Counted from the first letter of the stretch, positions 48,082 to 56,795 are shown. The stretch is DNA of 64,000 nt from Candidatus Bathyarchaeota archaeon (GCA_963726255.1 CAVSBL010000002.1:2144001-2208000), one strand, 5' to 3'. Made by a program: numbers and translations. The notes: generated by a model from the sequence alone, not told the origin.

Positions 48082-48553
48082 CCTCAGTCACACTGCCTCT
48101 GCTAACGAGTTTAACGTAATCCGCGTGCACGGTGATCGGAAGTGTCGCGAAGCCCTCTTCCAAGAGTTCTATGGTTACTTCTTCCTTAAGCTTGTCAACG
48201 TTCGTGATTCTCGCCTTCAACCCTCGGAAAGGTCCACTAATCACTTCAACCGAATCTCCACTCCGAAGGTCTTCGATCACAGGCTTACTAACAATGAAAC
48301 GCTCAAGGGCCTCGGCTGATATGACGCCTTTCGTACGTGCTCGAGCGTGGCGAACTCCCGCTATCAAGTCGTCTACGTAATGAGGCCCTGTTGATTCGAC
48401 AAATATGTATCCCTTGACCACGTCCGGCGCCAACACGCTGGCGATGGGTAGCTTCTTCAATGCTATTCTAGATGATAAGAGGTCCACAACGGTCCTTTCT
48501 TGGCCACTTGTTGTGCGGACAGCGTAAATGAGCATCTTGTGTTCGGTGCTCAT
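48059..48553 (-). CDS. spt5: Transcription elongation factor Spt5 (NusG)
   Basis: YAVRTTSGQE, KGYIFVE, KOW GPFRG. Confidence 0.96.
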   Translation of the reverse strand: MSTEHKMLIYAVRTTSGQERTVVDLLSSRIALKKLPIASVLAPDVVKGYIFVESTGPHYVDDLIAGVRHARARTKGVISAEALERFIVSKPVIEDLRSGDSVEVISGPFRGLKARITNVDKLKEEVTIELLEEGFATLPITVHADYVKLVSRGSVTEVGRQEAS

Positions 48554-48762
48554 TACGTCGTGGCTCCGGTAGCGGTGCCGGTTTGCGTCTGGGGAAGTAG
48601 GTTGAAGAACAGGAAGAGTACTCGAATTACGAACCCAAGGGAACCCACAATGGCTACTCCAAGGAAACTGATTTTCACCATCAGCGAGATCTCATCTCGT
48701 GAGGGTTTCGTTGTGACGTGAATGAGTCTTCTTGTTGAATCTAGGAATTCGCGTGCGTTCAT
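48553..48762 (-). CDS. secE: Protein translocase SecE/Sec61 gamma
   Basis: TTKPSRDE followed by TM helix; upstream of spt5. Confidence 0.92.
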   Translation of the reverse strand: MNAREFLDSTRRLIHVTTKPSRDEISLMVKISFLGVAIVGSLGFVIRVLFLFFNLLPQTQTGTATGATT

Positions 48763-48919
48763 ACCTTTTTTCCTTCTGGAATGGTTCGCGCTTGGAACGG
48801 TCGTTTGAAATGAAAAGCCCACTATTTTAACCTTTGAGAGGATCAAGGCGAATATTTTGTTTCTTTCTTACTTGTAGGTCGATTGAAACGAGTAAATTGA
48901 TTGGGTTCAATTCCTTAAA

Positions 48920-49738
48920 TCAAACACGAACAATCTCGATGTTCATCCGTTTCAGGGTTTCCAAGAGTTTTGATCGCTGGGCTCCGCGGACACCTTTCCA
49001 ATCGACAACGGCCGTGCGGCATCCTCCAAGAGTTCGCTCGAAAGCCATCCGCACTATTTCTTCATCGTAATCTTCGAAGAAGTACTTGGAAAGTATGTGG
49101 CCGAATGCGTACCCATCATTTCTAGTTGCAGTGCATTGTTTGTTGCAGTAATGCCCACCGCCGAAACCAACTGCTGTTTTCCCGCTTACTGGCGCAGTTG
49201 CTGCCTTCCATATCGCTTCGCTGACCGCTACCGCGGCGTGTCGGTCAGCCCACTCTTTTTCGGTGCTCCCTAATTCGATGAAAAGCGTGGGAACTCCTAG
49301 CCCGGTCGGCCCGTGGTGCGTAGCCTCTAATGTTACAACATAGTTCAATTTCAAAGCCTCCCGCGCATCATCCAAGGCCAACAGCGCCGCTCGTAATCGG
49401 GGCGGGTCAGCGAAGGAGAGATTCTTGGAGGTGCCTCCGAAATCAGAGCGAGCTGTGCAGTTGCCAGTCCAATGGGCTGTGAGGGCCGGTTCTCCACTTT
49501 CGCTGCGGTGCCTGGAGGCGAAGATAACAGCGTCGGGCCTTATGTTGACGCCTAGGTTTTCGGTGAATATTCCATCCGTCTCCACGAGCTTCAGATACGT
49601 ATCCCCGGCCTGGAATAGATCCGCCGAGGCGCCTGCAACTGGTTGAAAGCCTTTCAGCCTAGCTAATTCCTGTGCAATGTTCTGAGCTGCTACGTCGCGC
49701 TTGGAGGCAACGATGAGCACCGTCAACTCCAGAAGCAC
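48920..49738 (-). CDS. dtdA: D-aminoacyl-tRNA deacylase (archaeal DTD2)
   Basis: SRHRS, HWTGN, EATHHGP, FIELGS, GGGHY. Confidence 0.94.
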   Translation of the reverse strand: MLLELTVLIVASKRDVAAQNIAQELARLKGFQPVAGASADLFQAGDTYLKLVETDGIFTENLGVNIRPDAVIFASRHRSESGEPALTAHWTGNCTARSDFGGTSKNLSFADPPRLRAALLALDDAREALKLNYVVTLEATHHGPTGLGVPTLFIELGSTEKEWADRHAAVAVSEAIWKAATAPVSGKTAVGFGGGHYCNKQCTATRNDGYAFGHILSKYFFEDYDEEIVRMAFERTLGGCRTAVVDWKGVRGAQRSKLLETLKRMNIEIVRV

Positions 49739-50643
49739 TAGCTGATAATTCTGCTGACCATTTGGTCAGGTTCGAAGGAAACTAAGTCCTCGTAGTTCTG
49801 CCCGACGGTGGCGAACAGGATCGGCTTGCCGATAATAGCAGCCATTGAGATTGCGCTGCCCCCTTTTGTGTCGGCATCTAGCTTAGTCAGCACCACGCCG
49901 TCAATATTGACTGCGTTCGCGAACGTTTTTCCTTGCTCGACTGCATCGTTACCTGTCATTGAGTCGACGACAAGGATTGTCAAGTTCGGTTTGGCTACGC
50001 GAGCTATTTTCTTCATTTCCTCTAAGAGGTTCTTGTTAGTCTGCATTCTTCCAGCAGTATCGACCAAGACGACGTTAATGCCATGCGCAGTCGCGTAGTT
50101 CGCGGCGTCGAATGCTACGGCGGCGGCGTCAGCGCCGTAGTCATGCTTAATGATCTTGATTCCGATCCGCCTAGCATGTTCCTCAATCTGTTCTATTGAA
50201 CCAGTTCGGTAGGTGTCGGCGGCGGCGACGACGACTGAGAACCCTTTTCGCAGCAGGAGATGGCCTATCTTGGCGATGGAGCTCGTCTTGCCCGTTCCGT
50301 TGACTCCGACGAAGAGTATTATTGCTGGTCTGTGCTGCTCCCTGGTTTCATTGAGAACCTTGTAGAATGATTCCTCGCCGCTTCCCTTCAGTAGGTCAAG
50401 CAAAACCTCTCGCAGCACTTCCTTAGCCGGTTCTGCCGAGTCGCTGAACCGCCGAAATTGAGTGGCCTTAATTTTCTCATGTAGATTGTCGCAAATCTGC
50501 TTTGCCACTGAGTAGGCAACGTCATTCTCGACTAGAACTAGCAGAAAATCATCGAGGATCTGTTCGATTGCCTTATCAGACAGTTCTTTCTGGGAAATCT
50601 TCTGAACTAGGCCGTTGACACCTGATTTCAGCTTCTCGAACAA
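49738..50643 (-). CDS. ftsY: SRP docking protein FtsY
   Basis: GVNGTGKT, DTYR, DTAGR, TKLDAD. Confidence 0.96.
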   Translation of the reverse strand: MFEKLKSGVNGLVQKISQKELSDKAIEQILDDFLLVLVENDVAYSVAKQICDNLHEKIKATQFRRFSDSAEPAKEVLREVLLDLLKGSGEESFYKVLNETREQHRPAIILFVGVNGTGKTSSIAKIGHLLLRKGFSVVVAAADTYRTGSIEQIEEHARRIGIKIIKHDYGADAAAVAFDAANYATAHGINVVLVDTAGRMQTNKNLLEEMKKIARVAKPNLTILVVDSMTGNDAVEQGKTFANAVNIDGVVLTKLDADTKGGSAISMAAIIGKPILFATVGQNYEDLVSFEPDQMVSRIIS

Positions 50644-50714
50644 GGTATTTCACTAATCGATGCAGAGGTGTGCCGCCAGACGGCTAGGCGGAATATGGGC
50701 TGACGGATGCCGTC

Positions 50715-51167
50715 TCAGCTCGCGCCCTGCGACGGTGCGTTCTGGTGCCTAAGAAGTTCCTCGAGGGCGTCGCGGTCTTGTTGGTATCGGGTTACGGTTT
50801 GGTCAAGTTGTTGTTGAATGGATGTTCTTGCCTTGTCCAATTCCTCAAGTCTACCCTTTAGCTCGGTTACAGAACTCTCTACGTCCTTCTCCATTGCCGC
50901 TCCCGCTCCTATCCCCATAACGAGCTTTTTCGAATCTGCAATCTGCATTCTCACATAGGAGCTGGCTCCGACCGGGACGAGGGTGGAATCGCCTTCTTTC
51001 ATGTTCTTCAAGCCATCGAGGGTGTTGAAGGCCAGCGTAACCTCGTTAATCGCTGCCCGAACGATATCCAGCCTTGATTGCAAAGCTCCGATCGAGCCTT
51101 CCAGAATGCGAATTTCGGTGGCCAGTTGCCTAACTATGTCTTCTTCTCTTGGTTGAGAGGACGCCAT
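50715..51167 (-). CDS. pfdA: Prefoldin alpha subunit
   Basis: Coiled coils with LVPVGASSYV and GIGAG hairpins. Confidence 0.92.
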   Translation of the reverse strand: MASSQPREEDIVRQLATEIRILEGSIGALQSRLDIVRAAINEVTLAFNTLDGLKNMKEGDSTLVPVGASSYVRMQIADSKKLVMGIGAGAAMEKDVESSVTELKGRLEELDKARTSIQQQLDQTVTRYQQDRDALEELLRHQNAPSQGAS

Positions 51168-51170
51168 TTC

Positions 51171-51383
51171 CTACCCCTTAGCCTGCGCTGCTTCTTCTCG
51201 TGCACTTCGGATTTTCATTATCTTAATCTCAAATCTGCGTGCGCGGTGCCTGCTTCCCATTTCTGAATAAAGGCGTTGGAGGGCGTCTTCTTCCTTCATC
51301 GCGTTGAATTCCACGGAAAACGGGACTTTTGTCTTCCCCTTTTTGATCTCGCCCGTAATCGTGAACTTTTTCACTTCTGACAT
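51171..51383 (-). CDS. rpl18a: 50S ribosomal protein L18Ae (LX)
   Basis: LYSEMGSRHRARR motif. Confidence 0.92.
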   Translation of the reverse strand: MSEVKKFTITGEIKKGKTKVPFSVEFNAMKEEDALQRLYSEMGSRHRARRFEIKIMKIRSAREEAAQAKG

Positions 51384-51507
51384 TCGTGCTCTTGACCTCG
51401 CCTTATGGCAGCGTTGTCCGCTATTAATCTGAAGGTCGCGAAGCAAGCGAACGCGCTGAAAACGTTTTTATTAGGCAGGGGGATTCACGCCTTAGAAATT
51501 TGTCTAG

Positions 51508-52176
51508 ATGGTCCCCTCGTTGCCACTTGCCAAGGATGAAATCGCTAGGGCACTCGGTGAGCTACGCAAGAATCTAACTAAGAGAAAATTCTCACAATCC
51601 ATTGACTTGGTTGTTCGGCTGCGCGAGGTTGACCTGAAGAAGCCCGAGAACAGGATTAATGAGGCAATTGCCCTGCCGAACCCGCCGGAGAAGGCGCTGA
51701 AAGTTTGCGTGATAGCGTCGGGGGATTTGGGAACCAGAGCCAAGGCTGCCGGCGCGGATATGCTCGTCACCCGGCAAGAAATAGAAAACCTGAGCAAGGA
51801 CAAGAAAGCGGCTCGGAAATTAGCTCAGGACTATGATTTCTTTATCGCTGAAGCGCCGCTTATGCCCCTTGTGGGTAGGGCCCTTGGTTCATTCCTCGGC
51901 CCAAGAGGCAAGATGCCCACGCCGGTCCCACCTAACGCCGCTATAGAGCAAATTGTTGCGGGCCATCGCAAGATGGTTCGCGTTCGCATGCGGGAGCAAC
52001 CAGTCCTCCAGTGTAGGGTCGGGACAGAGGCAATGCCAGACGAGAAGCTAGTCGAAAACATTCAAGCAGTCGTATCTCGGATCGAACAGAAACTTGAGCG
52101 CGGTTTCAAGAACATTGGTGAAATCCTAATCAAGGCCACGATGAGCAAACCAGTGAAAGTCAGCCTAACTAAGTGA
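51508..52176 (+). CDS. rpl1: 50S ribosomal protein L1
   Basis: RKFSQSIDL, LGPRGKMP, KATMS. Confidence 0.97.
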   Translation: MVPSLPLAKDEIARALGELRKNLTKRKFSQSIDLVVRLREVDLKKPENRINEAIALPNPPEKALKVCVIASGDLGTRAKAAGADMLVTRQEIENLSKDKKAARKLAQDYDFFIAEAPLMPLVGRALGSFLGPRGKMPTPVPPNAAIEQIVAGHRKMVRVRMREQPVLQCRVGTEAMPDEKLVENIQAVVSRIEQKLERGFKNIGEILIKATMSKPVKVSLTK

Positions 52177-52179
52177 TGA

Positions 52180-53115
52180 TTGATGTTAGCTCAACAAGTC
52201 GCCGTTTGGAAGAAGGAAATTTACGACGACGTAACTGAACTCCTCAAGAAATATTCAGTCGTCGCAGTGGCCGACTTGCAAAAGGTACGCTCATCGCAAA
52301 TACAGGAAATCCGGAAGAAGCTGCGTGGCAAGGCCGAACTTATTGTGGCCAAGAACACAATCTTGCGCATAGCGAGCGAGAAAATAGCGGCCGAAAAGAA
52401 GGGCATCGATAAGTTCGCAGACGCGTTGACGGGGTCTAAGGTCCTGATATTCACTCAAATGAACCCGTTCGAGCTCATCATCTTCCTCAACAAGAACAAG
52501 GTCAGAGTCCCAGCAAAGGGCGGAGACATTGCGACAAGCGACATAATGATCCCCGGCGGAAATACAGGCCTACAACCTGGCCCGGTTATTAGTGAGTTCA
52601 ACGAGGCGAAAGTCCAAACGCGGATTGAGGGCGGCAGTATTTTCGTTGCGAGGGATAGTGTCGTTGTAGAGAAGGGCGAAGTAATCCCCGTTAAGACCGC
52701 GTCGCTTCTCTCGAAACTTGGAATGAAACCGATGGAAGCCGGGTTATCGCTCTCATACGCTTACGATGACGGCTCGGTTCTCGGCCCGAACGAGCTTGCC
52801 TTCGACCTCGACCAAATGAAGGCTGATTTCTCCTCGGCAGCTAGGCTCGCTTTTGGAGTTGCTGTTGAAGCGAATATCATGCTACCAGAGACGGCACCCA
52901 TGATCATTTCGAAGGCGTATCGGCAAGCGGTGGCAGTCAGTGTCGAGTCAGGCTTCTTCACAAAGCAAACTGCAAACCTTATCATCCAGAAAGCTTACGC
53001 AAACATGAATGCTCTGTCCTCAGCGATCGCGGCTGTACAGCCTGAAGCAATTGCGCCGCCTGCCGCGCCAACCAGCGAGGCACCACCGCCTGCGCCAGCT
53101 GAAGGAAAAGGTTGA
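52180..53115 (+). CDS. rplP0: 50S ribosomal protein L10/P0
   Basis: QEIRKKLRG, KNT, TGLQPGP. Confidence 0.96.
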   Translation: MMLAQQVAVWKKEIYDDVTELLKKYSVVAVADLQKVRSSQIQEIRKKLRGKAELIVAKNTILRIASEKIAAEKKGIDKFADALTGSKVLIFTQMNPFELIIFLNKNKVRVPAKGGDIATSDIMIPGGNTGLQPGPVISEFNEAKVQTRIEGGSIFVARDSVVVEKGEVIPVKTASLLSKLGMKPMEAGLSLSYAYDDGSVLGPNELAFDLDQMKADFSSAARLAFGVAVEANIMLPETAPMIISKAYRQAVAVSVESGFFTKQTANLIIQKAYANMNALSSAIAAVQPEAIAPPAAPTSEAPPPAPAEGKG

Positions 53116-53167
53116 AAAGAGGGAGTTCGGGTAAGCACAGGAATCTCGTCAAATTTCGGTGTGAAAA

Positions 53168-53458
53168 ATGGAATACGTCTACGCAGCGCTTCTGCTGCAC
53201 TCAGCAGGCGGAAAAATATCAGAAGAGAATGTGAAAAAGGTCCTAACCGCAGCCGGAGTCAAGACTGACGAACCACGAGTTAAGGCCCTAATAGCAGCCC
53301 TTTCCGAGATTAAGATTGAGGACGCCCTCAAGGCTGCACAAGCAGTACCAGTAGCGGCCGCACCCGCCGCAGCAGCACCAGCAGGCAAGAAAGAAGAGAA
53401 GAAAGAAGAAAAGAAAAGCGAAGAGGCACTAGCAGGGCTTGGGGCCCTCTTCGGTTGA
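53168..53458 (+). CDS. rpl12p: 50S ribosomal stalk protein P1/L12
   Basis: [11 protein letters not shown], Ala hinge, GLGALFG. Confidence 0.97.
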   Translation: MEYVYAALLLHSAGGKISEENVKKVLTAAGVKTDEPRVKALIAALSEIKIEDALKAAQAVPVAAAPAAAAPAGKKEEKKEEKKSEEALAGLGALFG

Positions 53459-53491
53459 ATTCGTTCCTCCACTTCCTACTTTAATCCGCTG

Positions 53492-54139
53492 TCAGCCGTA
53501 ATATCGGTAGTTGATTTCTGGACGTTTCACTCCGTATTTTCTTAGATAAGCGAAGGTATCGCGATCAAAGTCCGTACCTGCAACGCTACCCAGTTCGAGT
53601 ATCGTAATAACGTCCGGCCTGTAGTAGAGCCTCGAATGAAAACCAGATTTTCTGAGAAGGATCCTTGCCGCCCGAACGTCCTCACGCCATAAGTAGTTTG
53701 GCGTGTACACACAAATTAGATGCTTACCCTTCGGGGCGTCCCTCAGAGTTAGATTCTTTCTCGCTGTGGAAACCTTGGCACGGTAGGGAAGCCTCCCGCT
53801 CTCAATACTGCAAGCAAGCCTCTCCCACACGTCATCCACTTCTTCTCTATCGACTCTGACGAGCCACTTGCCGAACAACACGAAGGGGTTCTTGGGATTC
53901 GCAATCACAGCATCGATAACCGCATGGTCAATCGATATGAGAAATTTGTCGACGTCAGTTTTCGGCTCAATCAGTCGACTGGATAAAATGTCCTGTGAGT
54001 AAAGCTTGCCGGACTCCTTGTAAACGGGTATATTTGGTGAAACCCACGCAGTTGCGGACCTCCAACTCCTACGTTCAATATTCAACGCAGGGTAAGACCA
54101 AATGAAGTATTCGCGTTTATCCTTGGAGGGAAATTGCAT
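53492..54139 (-). CDS. DUF1917 (Bles03 / eIF4E-like fold) protein
   Basis: GKWL...VDDVW...AKVST...ICVYT...YRPD motif chain. Confidence 0.8.
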   Translation of the reverse strand: MQFPSKDKREYFIWSYPALNIERRSWRSATAWVSPNIPVYKESGKLYSQDILSSRLIEPKTDVDKFLISIDHAVIDAVIANPKNPFVLFGKWLVRVDREEVDDVWERLACSIESGRLPYRAKVSTARKNLTLRDAPKGKHLICVYTPNYLWREDVRAARILLRKSGFHSRLYYRPDVITILELGSVAGTDFDRDTFAYLRKYGVKRPEINYRYYG

Positions 54140-54242
54140 AGGAACACCTTCCGAGGTTCTTAATCCAGCTACTAATCACATGTGGAAAGGCTTGTATTTG
54201 TAGTCAACAGAACTAAAGCTGTCCTATCGGAGGTGAATTGAA

Positions 54243-54359
54243 GTGGCAAGAGAAGCTTGCGTACATTGTATGAGGAGGGTGAAGAAGAAGGCGAAGAGGA
54301 AGCCAAAGAAGAAGAAATCACCTGCGTGTGTTCACTGTAGAAAGCGCAGACGCAAATAG
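54243..54359 (+). CDS. 38-aa highly basic twin-CVHC microprotein
   Basis: GGAGGTGA SD (54229-54236) 6 nt before GTG; MAREACVHCMRRVKKKAKRKPKKKKSPACVHCRKRRRK. Confidence 0.75.
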   Translation: MAREACVHCMRRVKKKAKRKPKKKKSPACVHCRKRRRK

Positions 54360-54393
54360 TCGAAAGTAAAGAATTTCCTGGAGCGGTACCTGC

Positions 54394-55140
54394 ATGCCCC
54401 GGATTGAACTAATCGAGGATCTTACGGTAGGGCCTATACCAACCGGTTCTAATCTGCTAGTGGAATATGGCCCCGATTCGCAATGGTATAACGCACATGC
54501 TACAATTGCAGCTCGTTGGCTGAGTACTGGGGGGAGGATATCGTACCATATCGCGGCGCAGCCTAGAGAGAAAGTGCGTACTCAACTGAAACGGTTGGGT
54601 CTGGAGAATGTCGAGCAGCTCGAAGAGCCTTCCCGAGACCCGACCTTGGCCCTACACGATTGGTACTCAGCCTCACTGGGTCCAAACGTACCGGATGATG
54701 AATTCACAATGAATTCGTTGAAAGTGGCGGAACTGAGCATAGCATGGTCCAAGGGCGAAAAGGTAGCCGAGCAAAGAGGTTCGCTCAGTTCCTCTAGCCT
54801 CCCAACCACCTTAAGGCTCATCGACAATGTTTCGTGTCTTGCGAGGTTTAACGAGGAGAAAGCGTGGGTTGAATTTGTTCTTAGCCGGCTAATTCCCAAG
54901 GCATCGAAATGGAACCAAGTCTCCATCATCGGTTTGATCAAAGGCGCTCATAATGATTGGGTCTATAAGACTCTCGAGGGGGCGGTTGATGGCATCGTCG
55001 ATTTCAAACTTGAGGAAGCCGATGATGAGACGCGAGACCTCATGCGGATTCGCACCATGCGCAATGTTGGTTTCGATCGGAAATGGCACCAGCTCAAGAT
55101 CGCGGCTAACTCTGAAGTTACGCTAGAGAAAGACAACTAA
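54394..55140 (+). CDS. KaiC/RAD55-like RecA-fold protein with degenerate Walker A
   Basis: IPTGSNLLVEYGPDS in P-loop position, LIDN, VDGIVDF, MRIRTMR. Confidence 0.8.
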   Translation: MPRIELIEDLTVGPIPTGSNLLVEYGPDSQWYNAHATIAARWLSTGGRISYHIAAQPREKVRTQLKRLGLENVEQLEEPSRDPTLALHDWYSASLGPNVPDDEFTMNSLKVAELSIAWSKGEKVAEQRGSLSSSSLPTTLRLIDNVSCLARFNEEKAWVEFVLSRLIPKASKWNQVSIIGLIKGAHNDWVYKTLEGAVDGIVDFKLEEADDETRDLMRIRTMRNVGFDRKWHQLKIAANSEVTLEKDN

Positions 55141-55187
55141 CTTCGGGTCGCGCCCGGATTGGCGTTGATCCTATTTTACACATTCCT

Positions 55188-55583
55188 CTAACCCCGCGTT
55201 TTCGTAGAGCCCGTCGCCTTCTTGAATAGGAGCCATTGCGCTCGGCCACGTTCCTCCTTGAAGTACACGAGTTCATATTCGCCCTTCAGTTTACTTCCTT
55301 GAAGTTCGAAGTGGATTTTGCGTGGGCCTCGTTCTATGAGACTGTACTCTCCATTGTCCCAGATTGCAACCTTTCCCGCACCGTATTCACCCTCCGGAAT
55401 TGTGCCCTCAAATGAGCCGTAATCGATCGGGTGGTCATCGACGGCGACTGCGAGACGCTTAATTCCAGCCTCGAGCGGCGGCCCCTTCGGAACCGCCCAC
55501 GATTTTAGAACGCCATCCATTTCCAAACGAAAATCAAAGTGGTGTGCCGTTGCCCAGTGTTCATGAACGACGAACGATGGCAT
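55188..55583 (-). CDS. Stand-alone LigD 3'-phosphoesterase (PE) domain protein
   Basis: FVVHEH, HFDFRLE, KSWAVPKGP, DHPIDY, FEGTIP.GEYGAG. Confidence 0.93.
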   Translation of the reverse strand: MPSFVVHEHWATAHHFDFRLEMDGVLKSWAVPKGPPLEAGIKRLAVAVDDHPIDYGSFEGTIPEGEYGAGKVAIWDNGEYSLIERGPRKIHFELQGSKLKGEYELVYFKEERGRAQWLLFKKATGSTKTRG

Positions 55584-55674
55584 CCCTGCTCTCCCATTTC
55601 CAATAGGAATGATGTAGCTTAACCTTTTACAGCCATCGAGCACTTTTCTTCCTCTATCGGGTGTCGAGAAGTCG

Positions 55675-55842
55675 TTGTCCGAGGAATACACCGTCTGTAG
55701 GTGCGGAGCAAAATTCACTAACGATGCGGAAGGAAAACGTCTCTATGATCTGCATCAATCTTGGTGCGGCAAGCAAGGCAGTGTTCCCCAAGAATATCCG
55801 GACCGAAAACAGTATTCTCGTCCCCGCAATCGCAATGAATGA
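55675..55842 (+). CDS. 55-aa C2HC zinc-finger microprotein
   Basis: TTG start; CRCGAKF...LYDLHQSWC. Confidence 0.55.
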   Translation: MSEEYTVCRCGAKFTNDAEGKRLYDLHQSWCGKQGSVPQEYPDRKQYSRPRNRNE

Positions 55843-56093
55843 GTTCTCGTCGTCTATCATTGATTGACTATAGCCAATCCGTTTTGTATGCAACGCTAAG
55901 GAGATGGGTATCATGTACTAATTCATTGAATGTGTATGCTGGCCAATACATTCACACACGAAACGGGGGTTAGTTGGCTTACCTCGAATGTGGCCTGCTT
56001 AATCCCCTTCCAAAGGGATTTCATATATAGCACAAGCGAAACTGCGCCATCAATTCAGGAGGTGAAGATGTCACGAAATTCGAGACAAGTAAG

Positions 56094-56429
56094 GTGACAA
56101 AGGCCGTTACTTGGCCAGTTATAGTGTGGGTGGTGACGATTGTTCTATTCCGACTGGGTGCGCTTGTCTATCCAGCGGCGGGTTCACAGTTCACCAGCAA
56201 CTTCTATCCTATTGCGACAACGCTTGGCTTGCTGCTGGCTATTTGGGCTGGCTTTTCAGTGAAAGTAGCCAAGGGAATCTACCAAGAAGCCATAGTGGCT
56301 GGAGTTTGTGTTGGCCTGGCATGCGGCATTCCCGGCATAATCATCTTTGGCTTGGACTTCATACCATTCGCGATCAACGTCACTATCTTCTCGTTGGCTG
56401 CCGCATGGGCGGGCTGGGGCATCAAGTAA
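56094..56429 (+). CDS. Small four-TM membrane protein (true start may be ACG at 56073)
   Basis: Four hydrophobic helices; GGAGGTGA SD at 56058-56065; TATA-like CATATATAG upstream. Confidence 0.8.
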   Translation: MTKAVTWPVIVWVVTIVLFRLGALVYPAAGSQFTSNFYPIATTLGLLLAIWAGFSVKVAKGIYQEAIVAGVCVGLACGIPGIIIFGLDFIPFAINVTIFSLAAAWAGWGIK

Positions 56430-56795
56430 CCGGTTGATGTCTTGAACCTCAGTCCCATTTTTTATCCGCCAAGATTCGGAAATTACACTTGACGTAGTCG
56501 CCCAAAGGCAAATGGCTCGATCTAAAGCAACTAGTGAAACGGTTAGTAACATGGCCTAGTGGGCTGCGGGGCTTTGCCGGCAGGAGGAGAGCCACTTCGT
56601 CAGCTACTCCCTAAATTCACTCTGGAGGTAAACGTTATGAGGATGCTTGGTGGAATATGTTGAATCAGAGTTGGGCCATTATGTCCACTAAGCTTCTGCT
56701 TCAGGCCCTTGTGCTCGCACCTCGCTGACAGAGGGAGCGGGCAAATAGCTAACTAGTTTAGTCTGCTTCGTTCTGTCGGCTAGAGGAATAAGCTA

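Noticed and set aside
47553-51507. Site-specific invertible switch
   Set aside because: No inverted repeats visible at the junctions and no recombinase in the window.
56702-56743. SRP RNA helix-8-like CAGGCCC...GGGAGC
   Set aside because: No GNAR tetraloop (24-nt gap instead) and no recognisable Alu or helix 6 sequence.
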